Origin: an uncultured Polaribacter sp.
GTDB taxonomy: Bacteria > Bacteroidota > Bacteroidia > Flavobacteriales > Flavobacteriaceae
Direction of reading: 5' to 3'
Assembly: GCF_947501385.1 (NCBI RefSeq)
Contig: NZ_CANMVP010000024.1
Span: 11,021-75,020, forward strand
DNA: 64,000 bases
Shown here: piece by piece, positions 9,396-19,285 of the stretch
Numbering within the stretch: the first letter of the stretch is position 1
Layout: each line of letters starts with the position of its first letter
Notes under the pieces: generated by a model
Seen by the model: the letters and a program-made list of their open reading frames with translations, nothing else
Databases searched by the model: none
What the model was told of the DNA's origin: nothing
Program-made: the position numbers and the translations under genes

Positions 9396-9467
9396 TTGGC
9401 CTACAAGGACTCGAACCTTGAATGTCGGTACCAAAAACCGGTGTGTTACCAATTACACCATAGGCCA
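9396..9467 (-). tRNA. tRNA-Gln (anticodon TTG)
   Basis: Minus strand TGGCCTATGGTGTAATTGGTAACACACCGGTTTTTGGTACCGACATTCAAGGTTCGAGTCCTTGTAGGCCAA: 7-bp acceptor stem, GGTTCGAGTCC T-arm, loop TTTTGGT; CCA not encoded. Confidence 0.93.
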
Positions 9468-9484
9468 ATGCTTCTTAGCGGATG

Positions 9485-9515
9485 CAAATTTAATGCAATC
9501 TTTCAATTCCACAAA
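9485..9515 (-). promoter_or_regulatory. Bacteroidetes housekeeping-sigma promoter for tRNA-Gln
   Basis: On the minus strand, TTTG (9515-9512), a 19-nt spacer, then TAAATTTG (9492-9485), matching the -33/-7 consensus. Confidence 0.7.
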
Positions 9516-9638
9516 CATTTTTAAATAAAATTTTACTTTAACAAATTTTTATGAACATTTCCTTACGCAATAAAAGACTTAACAAGCTATTTATTCATAA
9601 TTATTGTTAAATTCGCTCAGATATTATTATGTAATTTT

Positions 9639-12600
9639 ATGACATTAGCAAACTTTAAGAAATGGAACATCATTTTAGGATGGATCACATTTGCAATTGC
9701 TTTAATAACCTATTCTTTAACAATTGAGCCAACAGTTAGTGCTTGGGATGTTGGCGAATACATTTCTACAGCAGTAAAACTAGAAGTTGGGCATCCTCCA
9801 GGAGCACCACTCTTTCAAATGTTAGGCGCATTTTTTGCGATGTTTACTTCAGATGTTTCTGAAATTGCAAAAATGGTGAACTTTATGTCTGCTTTGGCAA
9901 GTGCATTTACCATTTTGTTTATGTTTTGGACAATTACCAATTTGGGTGAAAAATTAGCCTTAAAATCAGCTAAAATTACAGCAGGAAGTTATATCGCAAT
10001 TTTAGGAAGCAGTATTGTAGGCTCTTTAGCATACGCCTTTTCAGATAGTTTCTGGTTTAGCGCTGTAGAAGGCGAAGTGTACGCCATGTCTTCATTTTTA
10101 ATGGCCATTTTATTTTGGTTAGGGTTAAAATGGGAAAGTGAAATTACAACCCCAAGAGGAAACAAATGGTTAATTCTTATCAGTTTTGTAGTGGGCTTGT
10201 CTTTTGGCGTTCACATACTTTCATTACTAGTAATACCCGCCATTGTAATGCTCTATTTCTTTAAAACGTATAAAGAAATTAATCTAAAAACTACAGCAAT
10301 CGCAACAGTTTTGTCTGTACTTGTTTTAGCTTTTGTATTTAAGTTTTTATTCCCTTTTACTTTAAAATTCTTTAGTGCTTCAGAATTATTTTTTATAAAT
10401 ACCGTTGGTTTGCCATTTAATTCTGGAAGTATTATTGCCGGAATTATTTTAATAGCACTGTTTTTCTTCGGATTAAAATACACGCGAAAACAAAACAAAA
10501 TACATACCAACACCTTAATTCTATCTGTATTATTTATCATGATTGGTTTTTCTTCTTGGATGATGTTGCCAATTAGAGCCAATGCAAATACTACAATTAA
10601 CGAAAACAATCCTTCTAGTGCGCGTGAATTGTTAGCGTATTATGAACGTGAACAGTATGGAGATGCCAATGTTTTTTACGACACTTATTATTCTAATTCT
10701 TTTGAAAGAACACAAAAAACTGAAAAAGATGAATACGGAAATAGTATAGGTGTTTTTAAAGACGAAAAACCTAAATACGAAAAGAAAAACGGAAAATACA
10801 TCATCGTAAATAAATATAAAAACGCGATTCCTGTTTATACGGATAAACACAAAGGATTTATTCCAAGAATGGTAGATCCTGCTTCAGAAAAAATGTACAA
10901 AGCAATTGCCGGAATTCCATCAGGGAGTAAACGACGACCTTCTTTTGCAGAGAATTTAAAGTTTATGTTTAGTTTTCAGTTTGGATATATGTACGGACGT
11001 TATTTTATGTGGAATTTTGCAGGAAGACAAAATGATATTCAAGGAAGGTTAGATATTTTTAACGGAAACTGGATTAGCGGAATTGACTTTATAGACGAAG
11101 TAAGATTAGGATCTCAAAAACAATTACCAACACAAGTTTTAGAAAATAAAGGGCGAAATAAATATTACTTTTTACCTTTAATTTTGGGGATTATTGGATT
11201 AGTTTTTCAAATAAAGTGGGACAAAGAGAATTTCTTTACTCTCTTTTTATTCTTCGCATTTACAGGTTTTGCTATTATATTCTATACAAACCCAAAACCT
11301 TTTGAGCCAAGAGAACGAGATTATGCCATTGTGGGTAGTTTTTACATTTTTGCCATTTGGATTGGCTTTGGAGTGCTAGCACTCTATGAATTCTTAAAGA
11401 ATTACGCTAATAAGAAAACAGTCGCAATTGTAGTTTCTGTCATTTCATTATTAGCGGTTCCTACGTTAATGGCTTCTCAAAACTGGGACGATCATGACAG
11501 GTCTAACAGATTTACCACACGTTTAAATGCACAGGCATATTTAGAAAGTGCGGATCAGAATGCCATTATGTTCACTATTGGAGATAATGACACGTTCCCA
11601 CTTTGGTACATGCAAGAAGTAGAAGGTATTAGAACCGATTTAAAATTGGTCAACACCAGTTTATTTGCTACAGATTGGTATATAGACCAAATGAAGCGTG
11701 CCACTTATAATGCACCTCCAATTCCTTCTCAATTAACACACGACCAATATAAATACGGCAGTTTAGATATTGCCTATCATATAGAACACCCAAGATTTAA
11801 AGATTCTATCATAGAAATTAAAGATTTTATGCGTTGGATTTCTTCAGACAATGAGGCTACATATTATATTGATGAGGAAAATAATATCAAAGAAAAATTT
11901 TACCCAACCAATAGAATTCGAATTCCTGTAAACAGAGAAAATGTTTTAAAAAACGGTATTGTTGCACAAAAAGATGCCGATAAAATTGTGCCGTATATAG
12001 ATATTACAATTGACGACAGAGGCATTACAAAAAACCGAATTCTGATGTTAGATATTTTAGCAAATAACGATTGGGAAAGACCTATTTATTTTACAGGCGG
12101 TGCAAATGCAGATGAAGAATATATTTGGTTAAAAGACTATTTACAATTAGATGGTTTGGCTTTTAAATTAGTGCCCATACTTACCCCCTCAAAATACATA
12201 GACCAAAGTGGTAAAAAGCGTGAGGTTAGTCTTTTTGATATTGGTAGAATAGATGCTGAAAAAATGTATACAAACATTCAGAAATTAGAATGGAAAAACA
12301 TCAATAGCGGCAACATCTATTTAGATGAACAAACCAAAAGAAATGCAATTTCTTTACGAAACAGTTTAATGCGCTTGTCTGAAGCATTTGCCAAAGAAGG
12401 AGATACCATTAAAGCAGTAGAAGTATTAGATTTATCTTTAGACAAAATGCCTATAGAGAAATTTGATCATTACAGCCTGTCTTTAGGATATCCTGAAATG
12501 TATTATAGTTTAGGGAAACATAAAAAAGCAGAAGAAACAGCAAATACCCTAGTTCGATTAATCAAAGAGAAATTAATTTGGTTGAGTACTTTTGATAAAA

Positions 12601-12770
12601 ATAACAGCGATGTTGTTTTTGATGAAATTGATACTTCTTTGTACATGTTTAAAAATCTTATAGATCAAGTTGAACGAGGCAGTAATAATAAAGATTATGT
12701 TTCTAAAATTCAGAATGAATTTATGGATACAATTAAGCTTTTCGACCATTTAATACCAGATGAAGAATAA
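9639..12770 (+). CDS. DUF2723-domain multi-TM glycosyltransferase (TMEM260/GT117-like)
   Basis: PTVSAWDVGEY, LEVGHPPGAPLF, SAVEGEVYAMS, EPRERDY and GDNDTFPLWY motifs. Confidence 0.85.
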   Translation: MTLANFKKWNIILGWITFAIALITYSLTIEPTVSAWDVGEYISTAVKLEVGHPPGAPLFQMLGAFFAMFTSDVSEIAKMVNFMSALASAFTILFMFWTITNLGEKLALKSAKITAGSYIAILGSSIVGSLAYAFSDSFWFSAVEGEVYAMSSFLMAILFWLGLKWESEITTPRGNKWLILISFVVGLSFGVHILSLLVIPAIVMLYFFKTYKEINLKTTAIATVLSVLVLAFVFKFLFPFTLKFFSASELFFINTVGLPFNSGSIIAGIILIALFFFGLKYTRKQNKIHTNTLILSVLFIMIGFSSWMMLPIRANANTTINENNPSSARELLAYYEREQYGDANVFYDTYYSNSFERTQKTEKDEYGNSIGVFKDEKPKYEKKNGKYIIVNKYKNAIPVYTDKHKGFIPRMVDPASEKMYKAIAGIPSGSKRRPSFAENLKFMFSFQFGYMYGRYFMWNFAGRQNDIQGRLDIFNGNWISGIDFIDEVRLGSQKQLPTQVLENKGRNKYYFLPLILGIIGLVFQIKWDKENFFTLFLFFAFTGFAIIFYTNPKPFEPRERDYAIVGSFYIFAIWIGFGVLALYEFLKNYANKKTVAIVVSVISLLAVPTLMASQNWDDHDRSNRFTTRLNAQAYLESADQNAIMFTIGDNDTFPLWYMQEVEGIRTDLKLVNTSLFATDWYIDQMKRATYNAPPIPSQLTHDQYKYGSLDIAYHIEHPRFKDSIIEIKDFMRWISSDNEATYYIDEENNIKEKFYPTNRIRIPVNRENVLKNGIVAQKDADKIVPYIDITIDDRGITKNRILMLDILANNDWERPIYFTGGANADEEYIWLKDYLQLDGLAFKLVPILTPSKYIDQSGKKREVSLFDIGRIDAEKMYTNIQKLEWKNINSGNIYLDEQTKRNAISLRNSLMRLSEAFAKEGDTIKAVEVLDLSLDKMPIEKFDHYSLSLGYPEMYYSLGKHKKAEETANTLVRLIKEKLIWLSTFDKNNSDVVFDEIDTSLYMFKNLIDQVERGSNNKDYVSKIQNEFMDTIKLFDHLIPDEE

Positions 12771-12776
12771 GTTTTT

Positions 12777-13421
12777 ATGAAAGTCTATTCCCCCGGAACG
12801 CCCGATATTATGATGAGATTTTTCTCAAAATATATTTGGCGTTTTTCTATGGATAAAAAAGAAATTTACCTCACTTTTGATGATGGTCCAACACCAGAAA
12901 TAACCTCTTTTGTTTTAAACGAATTGCAAAAATACAAGGCAAAAGCTACCTTTTTTTGTATTGGAAAAAATATAGAAAATAATCCAGCAATTTTTAATAG
13001 AATTCTGGTGGATGAACATGCTGTTGGCAATCATACTCAAAATCACTTAAACGGTTGGAAAAGTGACACTTCTAGGTATATGAATGATTTTTTAAAGTGT
13101 GATAAAACAATTACACGATTCAACAATAAAACAATACAACAGCAAATTTTTAGACCTCCTTATGGAAAAATAAAAAAATCGCAAGCAACAGCTTTGTTAA
13201 ATAAGGGCTATAAAATTATTATGTGGGATGTTTTATCCGCAGACTTTGATACCAGTATTTCTAAAGAAAAATGCTTGCAAAATGTTTTAAAAAACACTAA
13301 AAACGGAAGCATCATCGTGTTTCATGACAGTGTAAAAGCTTCTGAAAAGCTGCGATTTGTGTTGCCGAAAGTGTTAGAAGAATACGCTAAAAAAGGATTT
13401 CAATTTAAGGCAATTCATTAA
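12777..13421 (+). CDS. Polysaccharide deacetylase (NodB/CE4)
   Basis: LTFDDGP, GNHTQNH, FRPPYG and IIVFHD motifs. Confidence 0.92.
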   Translation: MKVYSPGTPDIMMRFFSKYIWRFSMDKKEIYLTFDDGPTPEITSFVLNELQKYKAKATFFCIGKNIENNPAIFNRILVDEHAVGNHTQNHLNGWKSDTSRYMNDFLKCDKTITRFNNKTIQQQIFRPPYGKIKKSQATALLNKGYKIIMWDVLSADFDTSISKEKCLQNVLKNTKNGSIIVFHDSVKASEKLRFVLPKVLEEYAKKGFQFKAIH

Positions 13422-13438
13422 AAATTTTCGTGCAGTTT

Positions 13439-13633
13439 GTAATTTCTGCGCGGGCAGGAATCTAAAATTTCTTCTACTGAAAGTAACAATATTTTAAAAG
13501 CTGAATATTTTAAAGGCAAGTAAACAGTGAAATTACTGTTTAAAATTTTCTTTTTATGGATTCCTGTTTTCACAGGAATAACATAATTTTTTTAATGAGT
13601 GCTGTCTTTTAGAAACCTACCTGCCGCAGTCAG
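13439..13633. repeat. REP-like palindromes (inverted pair plus a degenerate third element)
   Basis: gtaatttctgcgcgggcaggaatct (13439-13463) faces ggattcctgttttcacaggaataac (13558-13582); cctacctgccgcagtcag (13616-13633) resembles the 6790 element. Confidence 0.65.
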
Positions 13634-13741
13634 TGAACTTTTTTTGAGCCTTTCGTAACCTTTGTTTCATATTTCAACCAAAAAGCATTTTGATTTCAAT
13701 AATGCCCAAGATAAATTACAAGGAACTAGTTTCTAAAAAAA

Positions 13742-14035
13742 TTAAACATATTGTTGCACCAAACCAATTAAAGTATTTGCGTCTTGAAAACCTGTTTGGC
13801 GCCACTTCATTTCTCCATTTTTATAGATCATAAAAGTTGGGTTTCCTTTTACCCGCAAAGCATCTGCAAGAATTTCGTTTTTATTGATGTCTATTTTAAT
13901 AACTTTAGCGCTATCACCCAAAGCAGCTGCAACACTTCTAAGCGTTTCTACAGTATTCTCAGCATCTTCCCAGTCTGTATAGAAGTCTATAAGAACGGGT
14001 TTTTCAACACTAATTAATTCGCCAAATTTTGTCAT
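13742..14035 (-). CDS. Thioredoxin-fold protein lacking the CxxC motif
   Basis: KPVLIDFYTDW...KVIKIDINKN...LRVKGNPTFMIYKNGE Trx pattern with no Cys residue. Start set at ATG 14035. Confidence 0.8.
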   Translation of the reverse strand: MTKFGELISVEKPVLIDFYTDWEDAENTVETLRSVAAALGDSAKVIKIDINKNEILADALRVKGNPTFMIYKNGEMKWRQTGFQDANTLIGLVQQYV

Positions 14036-14119
14036 AACATAAAGTTTTAGAGGAAAAACGTAAAAATTATTCAATCGTTACTTAACAAATATAAGAAATC
14101 TATTTGAATTGTCTGATTA

Positions 14120-15343
14120 TCAGCCTTTTTTCAATTCTATCACTGTAATTTCTGGCCAAATACCAACTCTACCAGGAAATGCATGGTAACCAAAGCCTCT
14201 GTTTACATTAATATATCTACCTGCTTCTTCGTACAAACCTGCCCATTGTTTATACACATATTTAGAAGGACTCCATTTTAACCACCCTGGAATTTCGATA
14301 CCCATTTGCAAACCATGTGTATGTCCGCTTAAAGTTAGGTGATAATTAAAGTTGTCTTGTTTTACTTGATATTCCCAATGACTTGGGTCATGAGACATTA
14401 AAATTTTAAAATCTTTTTGATTTACACCTGCCGAAGCGCGCTGCAAATCTCCTGCTTGGTTAAATCCTTTCCCCCAATTTTCTACGCCAAGAAGTGCAAT
14501 TTTTTGTCCGTCTTTTTCTAAATAACGGTGTTCATCCAATAACAAATCGAAGCCAATTTTTTTATGAACATCTTTTACTTGTTGAAAATTTTTGACCTTG
14601 TCTTCAGGTGTTTTCCAATCCATATAATCACCATAATCATGATTTCCAAGAATGGCATATTTTCCTTCTTTGGCTTCTAGTTTATCGAAAACATCAATCC
14701 AATTATCCATTTCATCTGCTTTGTTGTTTACAATATCTCCAGTAAATAACATAATATCAGATTTTTGTTGATTGATTAAATCGACACCATATTTAATCTT
14801 CTCTTTATTGGTAAAACTACCTGAATGAATATCTGATATTTGTGTGATGGTAAAACCATCAAAAGCTTCGGGTAAATCTTTAAAAGTTAACTGGTATTTT
14901 AAAACTTTGTAATTGTACTTTCCGTAAATAATTCCGTAGATAAAAGAGGCAAATGGTATGGCAGCCAAACCTAATGCAAGTTGAGAAATAAATTTTCTTC
15001 TTCCTACCAAAGGTTTTGTTTCTCCTGAGGAAATTGCAGAAATTAGTTTTAACACCCATCGATACATATCTTCTCCAAACAATACTAAAATGATCACCAA
15101 CTTCGGAATAGAAACGGTTAACATTAAACCCATTGCCATTTGAAATTGGGGTGTTTGCCCATTACTTTTATCATACGTTAAAACGGTAAGAAAAAAGTAC
15201 ACGTAAGCAGCAACACTAGCTGCTAGAAAAGAAAAACGCATTAGTTTGCTTTTAGAAATGGTTCTAAAGGCCTGAAAAGTATATATTTCTACAACAACTA
15301 TTAAAACTAAGAAAACGATAAGAGGAATGAACCAACGAGGCAT
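14120..15343 (-). CDS. Membrane-anchored metallophosphoesterase (YkuE-like)
   Basis: ISDIH, TGDIVN, GNHD, MSHDP and SGHTH motifs; N-terminal TM segments. Start set at ATG 15343. Confidence 0.88.
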   Translation of the reverse strand: MPRWFIPLIVFLVLIVVVEIYTFQAFRTISKSKLMRFSFLAASVAAYVYFFLTVLTYDKSNGQTPQFQMAMGLMLTVSIPKLVIILVLFGEDMYRWVLKLISAISSGETKPLVGRRKFISQLALGLAAIPFASFIYGIIYGKYNYKVLKYQLTFKDLPEAFDGFTITQISDIHSGSFTNKEKIKYGVDLINQQKSDIMLFTGDIVNNKADEMDNWIDVFDKLEAKEGKYAILGNHDYGDYMDWKTPEDKVKNFQQVKDVHKKIGFDLLLDEHRYLEKDGQKIALLGVENWGKGFNQAGDLQRASAGVNQKDFKILMSHDPSHWEYQVKQDNFNYHLTLSGHTHGLQMGIEIPGWLKWSPSKYVYKQWAGLYEEAGRYINVNRGFGYHAFPGRVGIWPEITVIELKKG

Positions 15344-15410
15344 AAAATATTTTTTTTGCGAATTTACCTCTTTTAAAAGTGTATGGATTTCATTTTTAGA
15401 AGACTTTAAC

Positions 15411-15437
15411 AAAAAACTCCCAAAATGGGAGTTTTTT
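15411..15437 (-). terminator. Intrinsic terminator after cphA
   Basis: aaaaaactccc aaaat gggagtttttt perfect hairpin with a U tract. Confidence 0.8.
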
Positions 15438-15472
15438 CACTACGCATTATGGTTATTTTCTTTTGAAAATTC

Positions 15473-18100
15473 TTAAACTTCAATTGCTTCTTTTTCCTTG
15501 AGTTCTTTTACAAGGTTGAGTGCATCTGGAATTACATCACTACATAAGACAATTAAAGCGCCTTTTTCGGCATTTTCAATCGCATACAAAATAGCTTCTC
15601 TTTCTGATGGAATGATCTTAATATTCTTATTTGGGTTTTTCCTAATAATGCCATCTTTTAGCATTTTAATCAACTCTTCTTCGGTTTTACCACGTAAATT
15701 TTTGTCTTGACGAATAATAATTTCATCGAACATGTCTGCCGCAATACCACCCATTTCATTATTATCTTCTACTCTTCGATCTCCAATTCCTGCAATAATC
15801 CCAACTTTTACCGAAGCTTCTATATTGTCTGTAAATTGTTTTAAAGCTTTCATTCCTGATGGATTATGCGCATAATCTAACAATATTTGGAAGTTTTTAA
15901 ACTGAAATAAATTCAATCTTCCTGGAGTTTGAGAAGGAGACGGAATAAAAGTTTCTAAAGCCGCTTTCATATCTTCGATACTAATTCCTTGTACATGTGC
16001 TGCCAAAACTGCTCCCAATACATTCTGAATCATAAACGTTGCCTTTCCACCATAGGTTAATGGAATATGCTCAGCTTTCATCAATCTCATTTTCCACTCA
16101 CCTCTACAAATTGTTACATATCCGTTTTCGTAAATTGCTGTAATTCCGTTTAAACGTTGCATGGCTTTTATACGAGGATTATTTTCATCCAAAGAAAATA
16201 AAGCAACATTACATTTTAAATCGCGTCTCATATCATAGACCAAATCATCATCAGCATTCAAAATTGCATACCCTTCTGGCAGGACAGTTTCTGGAACTAC
16301 CGCCTTTACACGTGCTAACTGTTCTATAGTATTGATCCCTTTTAAACCCAAATGGTCTGACGCAACATTGGTTACAATGGCAATATCACACTTTTTAAAT
16401 CCTAAACCTGCTCTTAACAAACCTCCTCTTGCACATTCTAACACGGCAAAATTTACGGTAGGATCTTTCAATACAAATTCGGCACTTTGTGGCCCAGTAC
16501 AATCACCCGTCATTAATAAACGATTCTGAACATACACACCATCACTAGTAGTATAGCCAACACGATATCCCTTCATTTTAGCGATGTGCGCAACCAATCT
16601 TGTGGTGGTAGTTTTTCCGTTGGTACCCGAAACAGCAATAATCGGAATTCTACCTGTATCGCCATTATTTGGAAATAATTTATCAATTACGGGCGCAGCA
16701 ACATTTCTTGGCAAGCCAGAGGTTGGTGCTAAATGCATTCTAAAACCTGGACCTGCGTTTACTTCTAAAACTGCACCTCCGGTTTCTGACAGCGGTTTTG
16801 AAATATCTGAAGTCATAATGTCTATACCACAAATATCTAAATCGATGATTTTTGAAATTCTTTCTACCATAGAAACATTTGCTGGATGCACAATATCTGT
16901 AACATCCTCTGCAGTGCCTCCTGTACTTAAATTTGCGGTGTCTTTTAAAATTAATTTTTCTCCTTTTGTTAAGACGGAATTTAAGGTATAACCCGCATCT
17001 TGAATGATGGTTTTTGTCAAATCATTGATCACGATTTGCGTTAATACTTTTTCATGACCATAGCCTCTTCTTGGATCTTTGTTAACTTCTTTAATCAACC
17101 TCTCTACCGAAGCTTCCCCATCACCAATAACATGCGCTGGCGTTCTTTTTGCTGCAGCAACCAAAATATTGTTAATTACTAGCAATCTATAATCTTCTCC
17201 GACAATATGTTTCTCAACAATGATAATTCCGTTTTTAGAACTTTCTTTCGCTTGATTGAAAGCAATTAAAGCATCTTCATAATTTTGAATATCTACAGTA
17301 ATTCCGCGTCCGTGATTTCCGTCCACAGGTTTTATCACCAAAGGATAACCCACATAGCTACAGGCATCTTCTAAACTACTTTCTCTACGAATAATATCTC
17401 CTCTTGGCACTTCTATTTCTGCTTGCTCTAACAAATATTTAGTATCTTCTTTATCGCAAGCTAACTCTACCCCAATACTACTTGTCTCACTCGTTACAGT
17501 GGCTTGAATTCTTTTCTGATTAGCACCATATCCTAATTGACAAAGTGAATATTTGTTCAAACGAATCCAAGGAATTCCTCTGGCTTCTGCTTCTGCTATA
17601 ATAGAAGCTGTACTTGGTCCTAATCTCGATTCTTCTCGTAATTCACGCATTCTTTGAATGTCGTAATTCAGATCATAATCTTCCGCAGCAATGAGCGCTT
17701 CACAAATTTCTACAGCAGCTTTTGCTGCATATCTCCCTACATTTTCTTCGATATATGAAAAAACTACATTATAGACGCCTTCTTCACCATAATCTCTCGT
17801 TCTCCCAAAACCCGTATCCATACCTGCAATGGTTTGAATTTCTAAAGCAATATGTTCAATAACATGTCCCATCCATGTGCCTTCGTCTACTCGCATAAAA
17901 AAACCGCCTTCACAAGCTTCAGAACATCTGTGCGAAAACATGCTTGGAAACATTGTTTTTAAGCGCTCTGAAAAACCAGGAACTTTATTGGTTGGAAATT
18001 CTTCCATTTTTTCCAAGTCTAACACCATAACAATTAATTTATGACGTCTTATTGACCAATAATTTGGACCTCTCATTGCATTTATACTAACAATTTTCAT
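15473..18100 (-). CDS. cphA: Cyanophycin synthetase CphA1
   Basis: 875 aa. N domain HRCS...GHVIEHIALE, ATP-grasp domain (VIKPVDGNHGRG, EVNAGPGFRMH), Mur-ligase domain (SGTNGKTTT, ECARGGLLR, DYAHNP). Confidence 0.95.
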   Translation of the reverse strand: MKIVSINAMRGPNYWSIRRHKLIVMVLDLEKMEEFPTNKVPGFSERLKTMFPSMFSHRCSEACEGGFFMRVDEGTWMGHVIEHIALEIQTIAGMDTGFGRTRDYGEEGVYNVVFSYIEENVGRYAAKAAVEICEALIAAEDYDLNYDIQRMRELREESRLGPSTASIIAEAEARGIPWIRLNKYSLCQLGYGANQKRIQATVTSETSSIGVELACDKEDTKYLLEQAEIEVPRGDIIRRESSLEDACSYVGYPLVIKPVDGNHGRGITVDIQNYEDALIAFNQAKESSKNGIIIVEKHIVGEDYRLLVINNILVAAAKRTPAHVIGDGEASVERLIKEVNKDPRRGYGHEKVLTQIVINDLTKTIIQDAGYTLNSVLTKGEKLILKDTANLSTGGTAEDVTDIVHPANVSMVERISKIIDLDICGIDIMTSDISKPLSETGGAVLEVNAGPGFRMHLAPTSGLPRNVAAPVIDKLFPNNGDTGRIPIIAVSGTNGKTTTTRLVAHIAKMKGYRVGYTTSDGVYVQNRLLMTGDCTGPQSAEFVLKDPTVNFAVLECARGGLLRAGLGFKKCDIAIVTNVASDHLGLKGINTIEQLARVKAVVPETVLPEGYAILNADDDLVYDMRRDLKCNVALFSLDENNPRIKAMQRLNGITAIYENGYVTICRGEWKMRLMKAEHIPLTYGGKATFMIQNVLGAVLAAHVQGISIEDMKAALETFIPSPSQTPGRLNLFQFKNFQILLDYAHNPSGMKALKQFTDNIEASVKVGIIAGIGDRRVEDNNEMGGIAADMFDEIIIRQDKNLRGKTEEELIKMLKDGIIRKNPNKNIKIIPSEREAILYAIENAEKGALIVLCSDVIPDALNLVKELKEKEAIEV

Positions 18101-18184
18101 GTATTATTGATTTTTATTTAATGAATTTGAATATAAGACTCTAAATATAGATAAAATTCAAGATACTATTCGTGAATTTAAAAT

Positions 18185-18248
18185 TATATTTGTCGATTAT
18201 ATTCCTATAAAAATTAGCCGTGTCTCAACTATTTTAATTTTACTTTTG
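18185..18248 (+). promoter_or_regulatory. Two candidate -7 promoter boxes for cphB
   Basis: TATATTTG (18185-18192) and TACTTTTG (18241-18248) match TAnnTTTG. Confidence 0.5.
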
Positions 18249-18285
18249 CAATTAGGTTTTTGAATATGAACATGAAATTAAAAAT

Positions 18286-19146
18286 ATGGATACAATAAAA
18301 GGTACTTTAATTCCTATTGGTGGCAATGAGGACAAGGGAATGCAAGCTGATAAGCTTTATACACTAGACTTTATTGATGAAGGTATTTTATTTCGTGTGG
18401 TGGAAGAAGCTGGAGGAATTGATGCAAACATTGTTGTAATTCCTACCGCGTCGAGTATTCCTGTTGAAATTGGTGATAATTATATGGAGGCTTTTACAAA
18501 ATTAGGCTGTAAAAATGTGACTGTTTTAGACATTAGAAAGCAAGAAGATGCTGAAGAAGCACACGCAATAGACTTGATTAAAAAAGCAAATTGTGTGATG
18601 TTTTCTGGAGGAAATCAATCTAAAATTACTAAAAAAATTGGAGGTTCTACCATTCATGAAATTCTAATAGATCGTTATAGAAATGAAAAAGGCTTTGTAA
18701 TTGCAGGCACAAGTGCTGGTGCAATGGTAATGTCTAATGAAATGATTGCTGGCGGCAGCGCAACAGAATCCTTTAAAAAAGGAGCTGTAAAAATGTTTAA
18801 AGGACTGGGCTTGATTCCGCAATTAATTTTTGATACCCATTTTATCAAACGTGGAAGATTTGGAAGAATCGCAGAAGCTGTAGCTATGTTTCCAGAGTTA
18901 ATTGGAATTGGATTGGCGGAAGACACTGGAATCATCATAAAAAAAGGAAATTTACATGTAATTGGCTCTGGAATGGTGCTTGTTTTTGACGGACGAAAAC
19001 TCACACACAACAACCAAAGAATCTTAGAAAAAGGGACACCAATGTCGCTTACAAATCTAAAAACACATGTACTTTCTAACGGTGATCAGTTTAATATTAA
19101 AAAGAAAAAAGTAAAAGTTTTACCTTTAGATAAAGAGTTTATTTAA
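18286..19146 (+). CDS. cphB: Cyanophycinase (peptidase S51)
   Basis: IGGNED, FSGGNQ, GTSAGA (Ser), DTHF..RGRFGR (His) and GLAEDT (Glu); divergent from cphA. Confidence 0.93.
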   Translation: MDTIKGTLIPIGGNEDKGMQADKLYTLDFIDEGILFRVVEEAGGIDANIVVIPTASSIPVEIGDNYMEAFTKLGCKNVTVLDIRKQEDAEEAHAIDLIKKANCVMFSGGNQSKITKKIGGSTIHEILIDRYRNEKGFVIAGTSAGAMVMSNEMIAGGSATESFKKGAVKMFKGLGLIPQLIFDTHFIKRGRFGRIAEAVAMFPELIGIGLAEDTGIIIKKGNLHVIGSGMVLVFDGRKLTHNNQRILEKGTPMSLTNLKTHVLSNGDQFNIKKKKVKVLPLDKEFI

Positions 19147-19268
19147 AATCCCATTCTGTCTTTCATACATCTTTCCCAAAGGGAAAGAACCTACAACTAT
19201 TATTTTTATTGATAATTTTAATTAAGTTATGATTTTTTCAATCCGTGAAAATCTGTGAAATCTGTGTC
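19147..19268. repeat. Small hairpin and degenerate 9-10-mer tandem repeat
   Basis: ctttcccaaagggaaag (19171-19187); aatccgtgaa aatctgtgaa atctgtg (19240-19266). Confidence 0.55.
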
Positions 19269-19285
19269 ACTTTTTTTAAAGAACC

